DNA of 64,000 bases from Pocillopora damicornis. Its lineage: Eukaryota. Location: the NCBI RefSeq assembly GCF_003704095.1, contig NW_020847627.1, positions 124,001 through 188,000 on the forward strand, written 5' to 3'. A program made the position numbers and the translations under genes. Shown here one piece after another: positions 11,701 to 25,228 of this stretch (within the stretch, counting starts at the first letter, position 1; each line of letters opens with the position of its first letter). A model generated the notes under the pieces. The model saw nothing but the letters and a program-made list of their open reading frames with translations, made no database searches and was not told the DNA's origin.

Positions 11701-14700
11701 CAAGTTGCAATGAGCCGGTTACAAGCAACCGACCTTCTCTCACCTTGTGTTAGGTTCACGCGAATCAGCTTAGTCCAAATTATTTTCAAAAAAAGTAGAT
11801 TATCCCTTCGAACTTCTTTGAGTTGAACAGTACTGATTATCTTACCCACTGAGAAACTGCCAGTCGCCAGATATGAGAACGTGACAATTTGTAAAGAATC
11901 TAGTCAACGTGAGTGCGTTTTCTTGCAAGTTATTTGCTCGTGAGAATATTATTATCGAGATACAATCATCATATCAATAAGGGAAGAGGTAAGTTCAGTG
12001 CGACAACTGAATCCTTCTATCTGTTGGACTATTGATTAGACTGACAGCACAGAGCATCTTTTGTAAACGATAAATCTAACGTCGGCGAAAATATAAAAGA
12101 ACAAAAAAGTTACCAGCAGGCACACACTCGAGAAACTGCTACTCAACGATGAGAAGAACCGAGTTTACCTTCCCCAGAAACAACATAAGAAAAACACCTG
12201 CAATGGCGGTTGTATTGTCGTATGAAAGGTAAGGAGAAATTCTCAAGAAACGGAATTTGCCTTTGGCTATCGGAGTAATAGCTGTAATGTTTAGCTTTCA
12301 GACGCAAAGAACAATTTGTGGCCAGTTGTAAAAAAGCAGGAAAAGATCGCATTTATTTGGGTTTGGGATTAAGCAAAAAACGGTTTAAGATGGGTTGTTG
12401 AGGCAAACATCGACTGAATTGAGCAATTATTTTAGAAATTTCCATATTTACGCTATTAGCTAAAGGGGTGACAATAAAATTTCGGCAAACAATTGAGCAA
12501 TTTCCGCCAAATGCTCTTGATAGTATGGCGAGTCTTTATGGCGAGTCTTCAAGCTTAGCCTACGCAACTACCAGCTCCGACTTCAATCGCCCCAAGCAAA
12601 AAAAGTACTCTTCTAGTTCACTTTTTAATGTAGATATAATTTACTTCCACATGCAATAATGGAAAGTACTGAAATGAAATACCGGGAAGAATCCTAAAAA
12701 TCTTCAAATCCCTCCAAAGTGAAACTATGTTGTTCACTCTATTGCAAAGAGTGTGGTTTCGAACTAGCCAATCAAAGGCTAAATTCTATTTGATCACCCG
12801 TAATTAATCCAATTGATGGCTTTTTTGGTGGTTTGTGGCTTGATAAATTGTTTTCGTTTACGCTTAAGCTTTCCAGCATGCTTAAGCCCGCAGAGACATC
12901 TTCACTTTCTATTGCAGCTCCCTGTCTACTCGCCTACCCTCATACATCCCCTCACTCAAAACAATCTGAGTAATATGCTAGTACCGTCTGCTAACGCTAG
13001 TGACCTAAAAAAGTTCCAAGTTTCCAAAAGACTCGAGTTCCCAGTTTAAAGCAAATGAGAACCAATTGAATCATTGCTTATATATCATACTATGTTTGCT
13101 GTCTATTCATGAACCCAGTGAATATTGGTTTCAGTAATTAGAAAAAGGTCTTCCTTTCTCTCTGCATGTGCAAATTGTACAAAATCATGGCAAGGTCTGA
13201 TAAATTTCTTACCTCTTCCCTCGTCATTTCCTTTCCAGATACAGCTTGTTGTCGTGACAACTTATTCCCTGTTGCAAGTGTTTGAGATACCAATTATGAA
13301 TACTACTTAACCTAGCATGCTGAGATCTGCTATGATCTCACGTTGATACGAAGACAGATTGGCAACCAGGACAGCTCCCCCAGCCAACTCCAACATCTCT
13401 GGATTCACATAGTAAAAACATGTTTGCAACCACAAAATATAGTCGACACCAAAATCACGCACATAGCTGGGCACAAAGGAGAACTTTCAACAGAGTTTTT
13501 GGCGAAATGAAAAATTACATGCCTTTTTGTTTTAGGTTTAAATTTTGCTCGCCATTTATTAGCCAGACAAAGAAGTGACTGTCAAATTGTCTTCTCTTTT
13601 TTATTTCCTCAATTTTCATGACAGTTTTATCATCACCTAAAGAAAAACTTTTCCCAAATAGCAATGAAGCAGACGCTGGCTTTCAATTCATTATAAAGCC
13701 TTACTAAGATAGAAACATTCTCGGCTTGATTATGAGAGCTTCCATAATTCTTTGAGATAGACTTTAAATTTTTTTCTTCTTCTGGCCGAATAGATTCAAT
13801 TTTACCTGTCACCCTAGGGTGTATGCAATCTATTAGATGAGGTCAATTTTGTTTTTCAGAAACAAATTTTCTCTGCGCTTCCCTTTACATCAGTTGCCGC
13901 ATCAGTTATCTTAATCTCGCACATCCATCAAAAACCTCATGCGTTTCATTCTCATCAAATACAATGTTTTCTTTTCAAAATGCTTACCTGCTGAGAAAAG
14001 AAATGAATTGCCCTATTCAAAAATATTCATGCCAGCCTGTTTATTCTTTTACTTAGAATTGCTCTTTGCGAAGAAAACCTGATCATTCGGAGGCGGATTT
14101 GTTGCGCAATTTTCTGTCGTTTTCTTTGCCCAATCACCCTACCATATGACTTACAACTATAAATAATAATACTTAAATGCGAAGAGTTTCCAATCAAGAG
14201 CTAGCAATTCTTTTCATCGAAAAAAAAAAGAATTTATGATTTAAACTCCTTGATAATAAAACCATAATTGTTTCAAAAGTATCCTTTTGACTATGTGTAA
14301 CAATTGACGACTCTCGAGGAATAGTTTGATTTCACGTTTGCCGTCTAATTAGCTCGTGATCTAATTGCAAAAATGTGTTTTATTACTTACCGATTACTGC
14401 AATAGCAAAGGTTCTTTCTACCAGAGAAGTATCTTCAACGTAACCTGAGTAGTGGAAAAGGAAAACTCCCCTTTAATTGTGCGATTCTTTGAGTATAACT
14501 TGGAGACAGCGATGGTGAAACACTGTTGTGATGATGACAAATGTATTTTGTCGCGAATTAAAATAAACATACAAATGTTGGCATATGATTCTGGTTGAAG
14601 ATATCCCACGCAATCGGAAACAATTACCCAATTTGCAAAACATATTATTATGGGCTATTTTGTGTTATTCTTTGTTGCTCGATCGTGTGATGCAATCTCT

Positions 14701-15779
14701 GATATATGACATTTTAATGGATTAATACCATTTAATTCGAAGCACGAATCTTGCGTTTAGCAATTTTACTGTCTGTAGAAGACTATCTCTATCATCTATA
14801 ATTGCTCTAAGAATTATGTGGTGCATTTGGCCATAGTTAGCCATCGTCGGGATAGAAGATTTTTTAAATGGAGTCTTATTTGCATCACTTCTTTAAAGAT
14901 GTAATTGAATCTATTTATAATTCATGGAGAGTGGTGTCCTTTTTTCAGTTTAATTTTCAAGACGACATGATGCTTTCAATTAAACAATTCAACCACAGTT
15001 GTTTCTTGGGAACGTTCGACGAAAAAAAAAGGAAAAAAAGCTTGGCTAAAAAAAAGCTATATGTAGGTAATGAAAAAAGTTTAAACTTCTGAACCGCTCA
15101 TATAGTCTAATATTTAATTTTTTTGGCATTAATGATAAATACGATGTAAAAGAGACCATTTGAATAAGGGAGTGATAATTAGTTGTAACATTTTAAACAC
15201 AAACACCTTCAATTTACAGAAACACGGAAGTAATTTTATTTCTTTTGACCAATGAAGTAATGTTTCTTTTTTCTAAATGAGAATATCCAAAGAATTATGT
15301 CCTTCCTACAGATCTGTTATGCATATAAATAAGAAAATATAACTAATAGGTTGATGTTAGTCTCGGCTCAAACAGCAGGACGTCGCGGACAAACATCGGT
15401 TTCACCAAAATTGCCTTCCAGAAGTCGACTTTGGTCCATTTTGTTTGAACACCTCCATCAAATTAACTCAAATAGGATCCAAAACTTCCATCATGATACT
15501 CTGAACTTTGTCGTGACTCCACTGTTGTCGATCCCTTTAACTTTTATTTCTGAAATTATATTGAAGGTTTATCTTGAGCGGTTTTGTTTACGAGGCGATG
15601 TTGCTAAAGAACACCGAAAATATCACATTTAAAATTTTCAGAAGAAATGTGGGAAATATTCATCGATCTCTCATTAAATATATCACAAAGGAAGAGGTAC
15701 TTTCTTCAATGAAGTGAAAGTCCGAGAAATTGCGCGAAAAAGGTTTTTCATGGCCTATTAAATGCCGGCGAGTCCTCCT

Positions 15780-16028
15780 TATGTACCGTGATATTACAAG
15801 GAGTTCTTCTCCTCCGCAGGATCCTAGCTCATTGCAGTCAATCCCACGGCATGGCTCCAGGTTTTCCTTGCAGTATGCTGTTGCCCCCACTAAAATCATG
15901 GGTGCTGAGGGGCACTGTGCGAATAAAGCTTCTTGCCTGAGAAGGCAAACGTAGTAACCCGGCCTTGGCTAGAACCCAGGTCTCTCATTCTGGAGTTTAA
16001 CGCGCGATAAACACTTGGCCACCGCGGC
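15780..16028 (-). mobile_element. Degenerate tRNA-derived SINE
   Basis: Minus-strand head GCGGTGGCCAAGTG...GGGTTCTAGCC (A-box/B-box-like) followed by a SINE-like body; recognised by pattern only. Confidence 0.5.
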
Positions 16029-16121
16029 TTACGACCGCAAAGCAATTTATCATCCATCGCGGGCTCAAAGGCTGCAAATTACTCAAAAAAATTCTTATTA
16101 AAAAATGTCAATTTTTTTCGC

Positions 16122-16287
16122 ACAATGGTTCACAGCTAATGGTCAACGCTCCAGTACAGTATTCAGCTTGAATATGCCTTTTTAACATCAAAACTACCGT
16201 TAAACTACAATGGTTCACAGCTAATGGTCAACGCTCCAGTACAGTTTTCAGCTTGAATATGCCTTTTTAACATCAAAACTACCGTTA
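16122..16287. repeat. Tandem duplication, 85-bp period, 2 copies
   Basis: ACAATGGTTCACAGCTAATGG...AAAACTACCGTTA starts at 16122 and 16207; near-identical. Confidence 0.95.
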
Positions 16288-16501
16288 CGTGATTAAATCT
16301 GCTCAGCAACATGTTAGAGGTTGCTAAAATGCAGAAATGAAAAATTAACATTTTATTGCAGAGATTGTCTCTGTTCCAATGAATCAGCGGTATCAACTGG
16401 TACCGCTGGGTTGATGCATATATTAATATTCTCTTATTATCACGGCAAACGGGTAATTCTGTCGGTTTTTTTTTTGTGATGCCGGATCAGCTAACGGTAA
16501 T

Positions 16502-17062
16502 GGCCCGATTTATACTAGAGACGGATCATCCGTCTAGACGGATCATCCGTCATACGGATAATCCGTCCAAGTATAAATCCGAAGACGAATTTTGACGAAT
16601 AATCTGTCTGTTTACGAGTTTCACGACGGGTGTCTCGGTGTTGAGCCGAGTGGAAGCCTGGCGAGAGCTTAAATATGGCGGCTCTTGTAGCCTTGTTGAT
16701 TTGCTTTCTCCTTCTTTTTTGTGATTGCTTTCGAGGGCACGATTACTTTACCGGACGCCATCTTGAAATAGGCATGCCAGGAAACCTTGCAAAACTATAG
16801 AAACCAGTCTCTCTCATATGGAAACTTCGTCAAAAACCGTCTTCGTTTTCCGTCTAGATAAAAATTTAGAGACGGATGATCCGTCTAAGACGAGCTATCC
16901 GTCTGTTAGCACGTCTTGAAGACGTGCTGACAGACGGATCAGCCTGAGACGAATTTTGCTCCATAATTCGTCTTAGTACCGAATTTATATTTAGACGAGT
17001 TATCCGTCTGAGACAGATGATTCGTCTCTGACGGATAACTCGTCTCTAGTATAAATTCGGCC
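16502..17062. mobile_element. MITE / non-autonomous DNA transposon (PIF/Harbinger-like), 561 bp
   Basis: TIRs GGCCCGATTTATACTAGAGACG / CGTCTCTAGTATAAATTCGGCC (20/22), 3-bp TSD AAT, and many subterminal palindromic GACGGATNATCCGTC-type repeats at both ends; no long ORF. Confidence 0.85.
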
Positions 17063-17068
17063 AATGTC

Positions 17069-17153
17069 TCGGTGGCTCACTGAAATAGAATCTTGGAGCT
17101 CGGAGTCTTGAAGTTCGTTTCCTCATAGGGACTCAAACTTTTTCCTAATCCCA
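17069..17153 (+). mobile_element. Degenerate tRNA-derived SINE fragment
   Basis: GGTGGCTCACTG (A-box-like) and AGTTCGTTTCC (B-box-like) followed by CATAGGGACTCA; a related degenerate minus-strand copy lies near 23245-23390. Confidence 0.4.
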
Positions 17154-19323
17154 CAATAGTGGGACAAAGCATTGTTCAGCCGAAGGTCTTGAAAGAAATT
17201 AACTTCTGGGTTTAAATGGATCTGCCATACCTTTTACTGGACCATATATATCTAATTTCGCACTGCATGGTTTGTAAACAAAACATCTACATATATCCGT
17301 GGTAACTCACGAGGGTTTTGTCAAATAAATTTTTTATAGGTCTCATGGACACTTTTATATCATCCCATGTTCAGATTCCTTCGTAAGTAAACGATTTTAA
17401 GTCGGATGAGTAATCACGAGAGTTTAGTGGAGGACCAAACTGTTCTTTATGTAAGTAAAAATCAGCATCTATGAGCCTCACTTGACACCGGTAAAAAAGT
17501 ATCTAAATCGAAAGAACAACCATTTTCTTCTAAAGAAGGTTGTTGACCTTTGTAAGCGGCAGTCAACAACATATTCATATGCACAACTTATCTTCATTGC
17601 TTTTAAACGGTGACGTCGACCTAACAGGGAACAGTAGTTTTCAGTCTATAGTGTACTGGTAAAATTAAAAAATATGATCTGACTGTAGTCGGCCCATGCA
17701 TCCTCATACGTCATATAGACATGTAGTGCAGCCTACATCATACTGAGAAAAAGGTGTGTTACACAAATGAAGCGCTACTCTAAATCACTGAATCCTAAGT
17801 TATAGCGTGACGCAATTCTATTGTGATAGTCCGTCGACGGTTCATGGTCATAAATAGCTACCGCTGTTTTGAAACCGATGATTGAATGCGCAATTATCTC
17901 ACGCACTTTGAATAATCTTAGAGTCTTCATTTTTAGTGACATCAACCGCCCCGATTGTTTTTGAATTACAAAGACGTTTTTCAGGAACTTTTGTTCGCTC
18001 CGAACCCTTTGGGAGGTGCAATCGGTACTTTTGTTTACACTGATTTCGTAAAAGATCTCTTAATATTCGACTGAAGAGGTTTCGGTATTTTCATGCAAGC
18101 GAAAACTTCTGTCCAAACAACTGCATTAGACTTGTTTGTTAAGCTTTAATTGAATGTTTGTTTGCGAATCCCTTCTTTTGAAGTTCAAATAAGTTGAATA
18201 CGTCATTCAAATACTCATCAATACGTCATTAACGCTATAGTTGTTTTTAGTTGAAAACATTGTTTAAAAAAATCTTTAAGTACGTGTAGTAGTTTAGACT
18301 CAGTTGTTTATGGTCAGATGTTCAGGAGTGAATACTGAAAGAGTGAAGGAACAAATACGGAAAAAATCGCTTTCGTGAATGGGTTTGTGAGCATATCTTT
18401 GCCTTTATTAGTTTTCATTAGTTTCTCTAAATCCCAGCGGCTTAAATTCGCCTCACTGTACAAAATGTATCAACCTACTAATACTTTAGGAGTTTCATAC
18501 TATAAAAGAAGATGCGTTTTAGGCGGATCCTAATCTTCTTTTGACACACAAATCTAAGCATTCTGTCCCATTTCTGGGATAAACAATCATTATTACGAGA
18601 TAAACGTCGGAAAAGAGCGCTACAGAAACTGAACCTGTACGTATCACTTACTCAGAATTGCGTGGGTGAAACCTCTCTACTTGATGAAAAAACATCTTCT
18701 TTGAGGATGATAACGATTCATATATGTTTTCTGATTGAAAGGGGAAGGTTTGGCCCGTTCGACTTCACGTAAGACACTGGATGTCGCCACTTTGTAGTCC
18801 TGGTTGAAATTTGTCTTATTCTATGTGAAACGAGCTTAACCTGCCCTAGTTTTATGTATTTGAAGTGCTTAGCGTCGTTAACTAAGTGATTTTGAGCCGG
18901 TTGTGGCCGATTCCATCATGTTGTGTAACGTCAGCAAGAAGTGAAAAAATTACTTTTCACACAAGGGACAGAAAGATGAATTCTCTGCACTGTCCGCTAA
19001 ACATGTCTTATAATTCTTGCTTTGAGATTTTGTGGTTTGAATCAAACAGCATCCTCAATTGATTTTTCACTCTCCTCTCATCACCTTATTTCTGAAAATG
19101 TCTTTATTTATCATATTTTGGTCTCTATGAAGCAAAAGGTTGAATAATAGTCCGTGCTATTCTTACACCAGGCTCTCAATGAGGCGATTGCTTGTACGAC
19201 TGATGGTTGAAATTTTTCAGTTTTTACGCCTTAAATTATTAACCACATGGAGACTCTTTGTGTTACACGATTACTTCGTGTTATGTGAGAAATTATTTAT
19301 GCCCATTATTAATGCCCCTTCGT

Positions 19324-19521
19324 TTAATCCTTTACATCCTAACATTACTGTCCACATTCTCCATGCTCTTCTCTAGAACGTCTCCTTTAGCATTGACAAG
19401 GAGAATAACAATCAAGAGCTTCCTTACTTGACGATCAATGATTTTAATGAATGATTCAGCAGAATTCCTTCCTGTAAGGAGGAATCATATGCAAGTCACT
19501 CTCAGGGTCTAAGGCATTTAA
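19324..19521 (+). mobile_element. TTAA-bounded MITE (piggyBac-like termini)
   Basis: TTAATCCTTT...AAGGCATTTAA ends; homologous to the reverse-orientation copy at 48259-48468 (shared TGACAAGGAGAAT, ATCAAGAGCT, GTCACTCT). Confidence 0.7.
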
Positions 19522-20222
19522 CTACTAAAACAAGTTAATGTCAAGAAAAATCTTTAAGTCCTTATAAGGTTAAATTTCATTTAGTGCAATTCGGAGACAG
19601 TTAAAAATTAATTAGTTTATTTTGACCTTTATGTGCTGTTAGACTGATATTAGATGTCATTATTAACATAGAGTTTTCATTCTGGTTTAATCTGAAAAGG
19701 ATGGCTTGGAATCTTGTTGCTACATCTTTAAATTAGGTTTTCCTCCATCCATAAAACATTGTTATTTCACGGAAATTTTTTTGTTTTTAAATGATGCGAG
19801 ACTTATTTGGCATATTGGAACGCGAATTCTGTAGGTTTGTTAAAACATAGATCAATCTGTATTTACCAGCTTTTGTGTGCGTGTTTTGATATGAGCTATA
19901 TTTTGACAGTTGCTATAGACACTCGCCTTTTAAGATTTCACCTTGGGAAAAAATATTCAATTGATTCAAGCTGTTTGACAAAATTGGTCCACATCCTCTC
20001 TCTTCTCGAGAAAAATCTTCCCACTCTTATGCCCGTTGCTGTTGGGAGCTCGAAGACTTGTCTCAATGTGATAAGTCCACCAACTCCATTTTACCCAAAG
20101 GCTCCGCGACACATCAGACGGCACCAAACTTTTGAAACCCACTAAATTTATTTCTTGGGGAAGTCTTCTTTTCCAAATCGAATTAATTTCTGTCTTTATT
20201 TTTACAAATTTCAGAAAAATTG

Positions 20223-20250
20223 ATGGCGGAACACAGTACTAGAAATCAAG
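20223..20250 (+). CDS. Probable first coding mini-exon of GPCR2 (exon 20215-20250; MAEHSTRNQ)
   Basis: Polypyrimidine tract plus cag acceptor ending at 20214; donor CAAG|GTAAAA at 20251. Splices in frame to 21487, giving MAEHSTRNQDTMFHAAD... Confidence 0.6.
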
Positions 20251-21491
20251 GTAAAACGAACAGTGTGGTTCACTTTTGTTAATAGTTTGTTGAGGATGAT
20301 ATTCGGGGCAATTTCACAATAAACCGGGAGAAAATAGGACGTTTTCACTACGTAAAGTCAAATTACGTACGTATAATAATTGTGAACTAAACTGTCTTTT
20401 AAAAATACAGAATCTTGAGCTGAAAGGATCCCAACAACTTTCACACTTGGCACTTATGTGAACATACTCTAATAAGCATAAATTTGTTTCACCAAAGAAA
20501 AAGGGAGGAGAAATCTTTCCCAGTTTTTAGAATTTAAATAATTTTTTTCTTTTCAATTATTTATTCTTCGATCGGAAACATAAGCAAAGAGCATGGTGGC
20601 AGTTTGGTCATTTATTTTAGTGAACCTGCTGTGCTCATGATTACCTAACACAAGCAGCTGATTATATGTAACAAATTATAGAAAGGATTTCTAAATCAAT
20701 TAGAACACGAAGTCTTCGATTTTTATGTAATTTAGAATAATTAAATAAATTTTATCCCTCGGCACATCCAGCAAAAGAAATCCTAAATTAATTTTTGCCT
20801 AATAACTTTTGTGGGTTTGACATCCCTGTTGTCAATTATTTGGTTGTAATCAGCATATCGAGATTAAAAGAAAATTACAAAAATCCCCCCAAAAAATTGC
20901 AGAAAGGGTTCAAAGCCCCCTATAAAACTATTTTTCCTTTTAGAAGATGTTTTGTATAATAATGTAAATTGCTCTTGTGGAGTGCGTCAGTGAAAAAATG
21001 TTGTGTAACTTATTCTTATTTGTATTCAAAATCATAATTCAAATCATTCGTTTTCTTTTCATAGAGTTAGGTTTCAGTAAGGTTAAAAATTACATCAGTA
21101 AAGACGAAAAATAAACTCGTTAAATCCACTGCTACTTTTCTCTAGTTTTGTATTAACGTTTTGTGTTTTGTAACTTTATGATTTGTTGTCAACCGTACTT
21201 GACATCCCGTAACTTTTAAACGAAGTCACCGCCAGGTAAAATTGTTGAATAACGCGAGTTAAAAACATAGCTGGAGGCTTCCTTTACGGAGACAAAATGC
21301 TGAATGCAATTAAATAATAAAAAGGGAACACTGAACTCCGGTGGTTTTGAGTTGCAGGCTCATGTAACTAAAATTACGAGTGTTCTAATGACACAGAAGC
21401 GCTGTCCCGGTGACTTCCCGCCTCGATTAAAATATTTAATCTTGCCCGGGATGATAAATAATAGTATACCTGTTCTCTGGTTTTAGATACA

Positions 21492-22445
21492 ATGTTTCAT
21501 GCAGCGGATTATCATCAAACAGACGCTGAAACAATTGCCTGGATTGTGACGTTAGCTGTTGTGGGTGCCTTAGCAATTGTCATAAACCTCTTGACACTGT
21601 ACACGTTTCTCTCAGCTACAGCGCTCAGATCTCGTAAGCATGTAATGATCATGAACCTCGCTGCGGCTGACGCTTTGTTCGGAGTCACTGGAATACCAGT
21701 TTACCTAGTTTATCTAATTCGACCACAGTTGACTTTGTTTTACGTATGGGTGATGGCGAGCAGGTTCTGCAAAGTAGCTTCACTTTTTACTGTCGGTGTC
21801 ATCGCAGTGGAAAGGATGCATGCCATTGTATGTCCTCTGCGGCACAAAACTCTCTCAAGGCTGGTCTTCAACATCACCATCGCATCAATTTGGATTTGTG
21901 CATCTGCATTAACAGTGAGCGGGTTGGTTGTGCTTTTTCGTAACGTTGACATTATAACCTTTCTTTCACTTGCCTCTGTATTTACTCCCGTTTTGACTAT
22001 TACTGTGGTGTTAGTCATTGGTTCGTGTTACATCTTCATTTGGGTCTCCTACAAGCGTCGAAGATTTCATGCGATCAATCCTTCAACCATTCGGGAACGT
22101 TCGTTGGCTCTCACGCTACTACTGGTCAGTGGTGCCTTCCTAGTCACGTGGTGTCCTCCCTTACTATATCTATCAGTTATTCCGAATTGCATAGACTGCA
22201 TCCAGCCTAATATACAAATCTTAGACTGGTTTGTATTGGTATTTGGAATTCAGTGTCTGGTTAACCCTGCCATTTATTGCTATCGACTGCCTCTGTTTAA
22301 AGTCAGTTTGAAAGCGGTTATCAAAAGAGTGTTTGTGAAGTGTTTCCATCCGTGTTGCAATACGGCACCCAAAAACTCCTCAATTCGTCCCGGTGACCAA
22401 AAGGTTCAGGAACTACAAAAACAGCCAAAGGTTGAGTGTAATTGA
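21492..22445 (+). CDS. Class A orphan GPCR 2, 317 aa (328 aa with upstream exon), K3.36 group
   Basis: 7TM; NLAAADAL, IAVERMHA, TWCPP, ECL3 CIDC, QCLVNPAIYCYRLP; acceptor ggttttag 5 nt before the ATG. Confidence 0.95.
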   Translation: MFHAADYHQTDAETIAWIVTLAVVGALAIVINLLTLYTFLSATALRSRKHVMIMNLAAADALFGVTGIPVYLVYLIRPQLTLFYVWVMASRFCKVASLFTVGVIAVERMHAIVCPLRHKTLSRLVFNITIASIWICASALTVSGLVVLFRNVDIITFLSLASVFTPVLTITVVLVIGSCYIFIWVSYKRRRFHAINPSTIRERSLALTLLLVSGAFLVTWCPPLLYLSVIPNCIDCIQPNIQILDWFVLVFGIQCLVNPAIYCYRLPLFKVSLKAVIKRVFVKCFHPCCNTAPKNSSIRPGDQKVQELQKQPKVECN

Positions 22446-24439
22446 TATGAAAGTGACTTTGGAAGGCTCTATCGCTGTGGAAATAGAGGCTAGAAGTCTT
22501 ACATAGACATTTTTGTGATAACCCTCATTTTCCATTTATAAGGGGACCCTCTGGTTGAAATCCATCAAAAGAAGAGATCACTAGTGATTTGATCATAGCA
22601 TCGCAACTGTTCTTATTAAACTGTTAAAATTTAACAGAAAGCAAGTGGACGGCTCTTTGTATCGGCCAATGTGAAAACTTCGCCGTATTTGTTTAATCCT
22701 GATTAATTATTAACACAACAAAGAATCAACCATTTTTCAAGCTATCTTCAGCCCTCGTAAACTAAATGTACAAAATACATCCAATTGAACTGGTTTCTAG
22801 CATCATGCATCTATATAAGATGGATTATAAGCTACTTTAGAGGGAAATCGGTTTCGACTCTTGATTTCACCATGGTACTAAGAGCCTTTCGAGAAAAGTT
22901 AAACTTGTCGAAACTCAGTTGTTTTGTAAGAAAAATGGAATTTCGCTCAATTTTTGCAAGGTATGTCAAATTAAAAACATTTACAACAAATTTGGTAATG
23001 ACTGCACAAAAACAACTTGAGCAATTTAACCTTAATAGTTATTAAGAAGGATTTCAAATAAATAATGTTGAAGTAAACATTTTTTTTTACAAAGATGTCT
23101 TAGACCGTCTTTTAAAAGTGTTAGATCGTAACTGCCTGTCAGCAGAAGTTCATCGCATCAAGATTAGGTACCGGGGCAAGATGTTATCCTAGTGGAGCGA
23201 AGAAAGATGTTACCGATCATTTCACTAAAGTGGACAAACACAAAAAAATTAACGGGTCCTCCTCTCTCCCCTGAGAAATCGAATCTCTATTTCAGGTCCG
23301 CACTCCGATGAACAGGGAATCATTGTTTTATGGTGAGCTCTTGTAGGCTAACATTCGGCCAATATTAGGTTGATATGCAACACGTGCAATATATATATTG
23401 TCCCTACTTGAGCCTCGGGAACTGGAAAAAAAATCTCGATTCATTGTATATGAGCTTTTTTTTCAAGGTAGACAATATCTAAACCGTATTTAGAAATTTC
23501 GTATGTTCTTAATCTGAAGACCTTTGTTAAAAAGATAATGTCAACAACTCATTTTAATTTATCTATCGGTAGAAGTGTTGATTCAGGTGGCAATCGGAAG
23601 CATTTCGATGAAATATTATCATGGACTTTTATCTCATTTGGCTGTTTTCTATTATTGCTATTGACATGGGAGGGAGCTTCGTTTTCAATTCAAAACAAGC
23701 TGAGTTCTTTTTTTATTTCACATAATACTTTGCAACCGGCTATGGAAGTTTCAAAGTAAAATGCTCTAATTGTGAACCAAAGAATGTCTACTGTTTGCTA
23801 GTGCACCTCGCAATTTTTGTTGTCTTCAAGTCATGATTTGATTCAGGTCTACACACGATACTGAAACCGACAGTGTAAACTTATAAAACGGCTACGTGAT
23901 AACGTAGAATCTTCGACATAAAGGGAAGTTTATTTAACCAAAGTTTAGGAGTTGTTTAACAAAACCGCGTCCTAAACCATCCTTATTTTAGCAAGACCTT
24001 TAATTTGAACATTTAAGTTTGTGAACAGTGTCAAGAGGGACGAAGACTAAAAGACTGGGAACGAAATTACTTTATTATATCGACCATCTTATGAAGAAAA
24101 CCTGAGGCCCACTGCTTGCGTAAAATCGTGGTTTGGAACGCTCTTTAGAACTTTCATGAACCGCCCTGATCGTTTCATAATTACACTGAGACGTTGAAAA
24201 GAATCCTTTGTTTGCTTGTAGCCTTCTGGGACGCTTAGTCATTAATGTTGTTTGGAAACTCATGTAAATTTTTCGCAAAATTCAATCAATAGCCTTTGTT
24301 CGAAAAAATACAAGCAAAAGTTTTAAAGCGGAATTTAGCTGCTGGGCGAAAGATATTTACTTGTGCCTTAGCTTTCAGTTCAATGAGGATAATTTTTTTC
24401 AACAGTTTCAGTCTTACTGCAAAGGTCAATTAATATTCA

Positions 24440-24584
24440 TCTGACATTACAGTCATATTGTCACTCGTAAACAACATTTTAGAGGCAATTACAGCAGAAC
24501 TCGGCTTTCAGTTTGACGCAGCCGGAGATGGAATGAAAAAAAAGGCATAAATCATTAGAACTTGGGTCGTGGTGAGTATGTCTT
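24440..24584 (+). promoter_or_regulatory. Putative non-coding 5' exon of GPCR3, donor GTGAGTATGTCTT at 24572
   Basis: The same 13-nt donor and similar flanks occur upstream of GPCR4 at 28210. Confidence 0.55.
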
Positions 24585-25228
24585 CGCTTCATTTGAAGTA
24601 GAGCTCGCGCACCTTTGCAGTCCTTTGATCGCAGTGATCGCATAGCGCAATTTGTCGACCGCGATTGGTTTTGAGCCCATACTCATAACAATGGTCATTC
24701 TGTATTATTCTCGAAGCCAAAAACAAGTTTATTTAATACGTTGGTTTATATGAAAGTTGATTATTGATCCTCGCAGGAAATTTTCTTTTCTTCTGAAGCA
24801 AAGGTCTGATTAGTTTTATCATATATCAAATTAAATATCGTCACCCACTGGATTGCATCGTTTGTTTCTTGATGATTACTGAGTCTTGAGGTTTTTCGAC
24901 AATACTAGTGATGACTTTTCTTCATTTGTACAGTTCTGCCTTGTATAATCGAGTTGAAGGGAGCCTCTCTCTTTAGCATCCAAGTTTTAACGTTCCACTT
25001 CTCAGAATTCAGGAAGCTGTTAAGGCTTTTATTTCATTTTGGAGGAAACAATTCAAAACTTGTGACAAGTTCTTTTCGAGAAATCTGGTGATTTGCTTGA
25101 CGACATTTTTTGTCATATATTTCGTCATGTGCAAATATAAGTCAAATTCAATTCAGTTTAGCATATCTCTTTTCTGATACTAACAGTATGATTTTATCAT
25201 CTTTACAGTAAAATTTGAATTAGCATAA

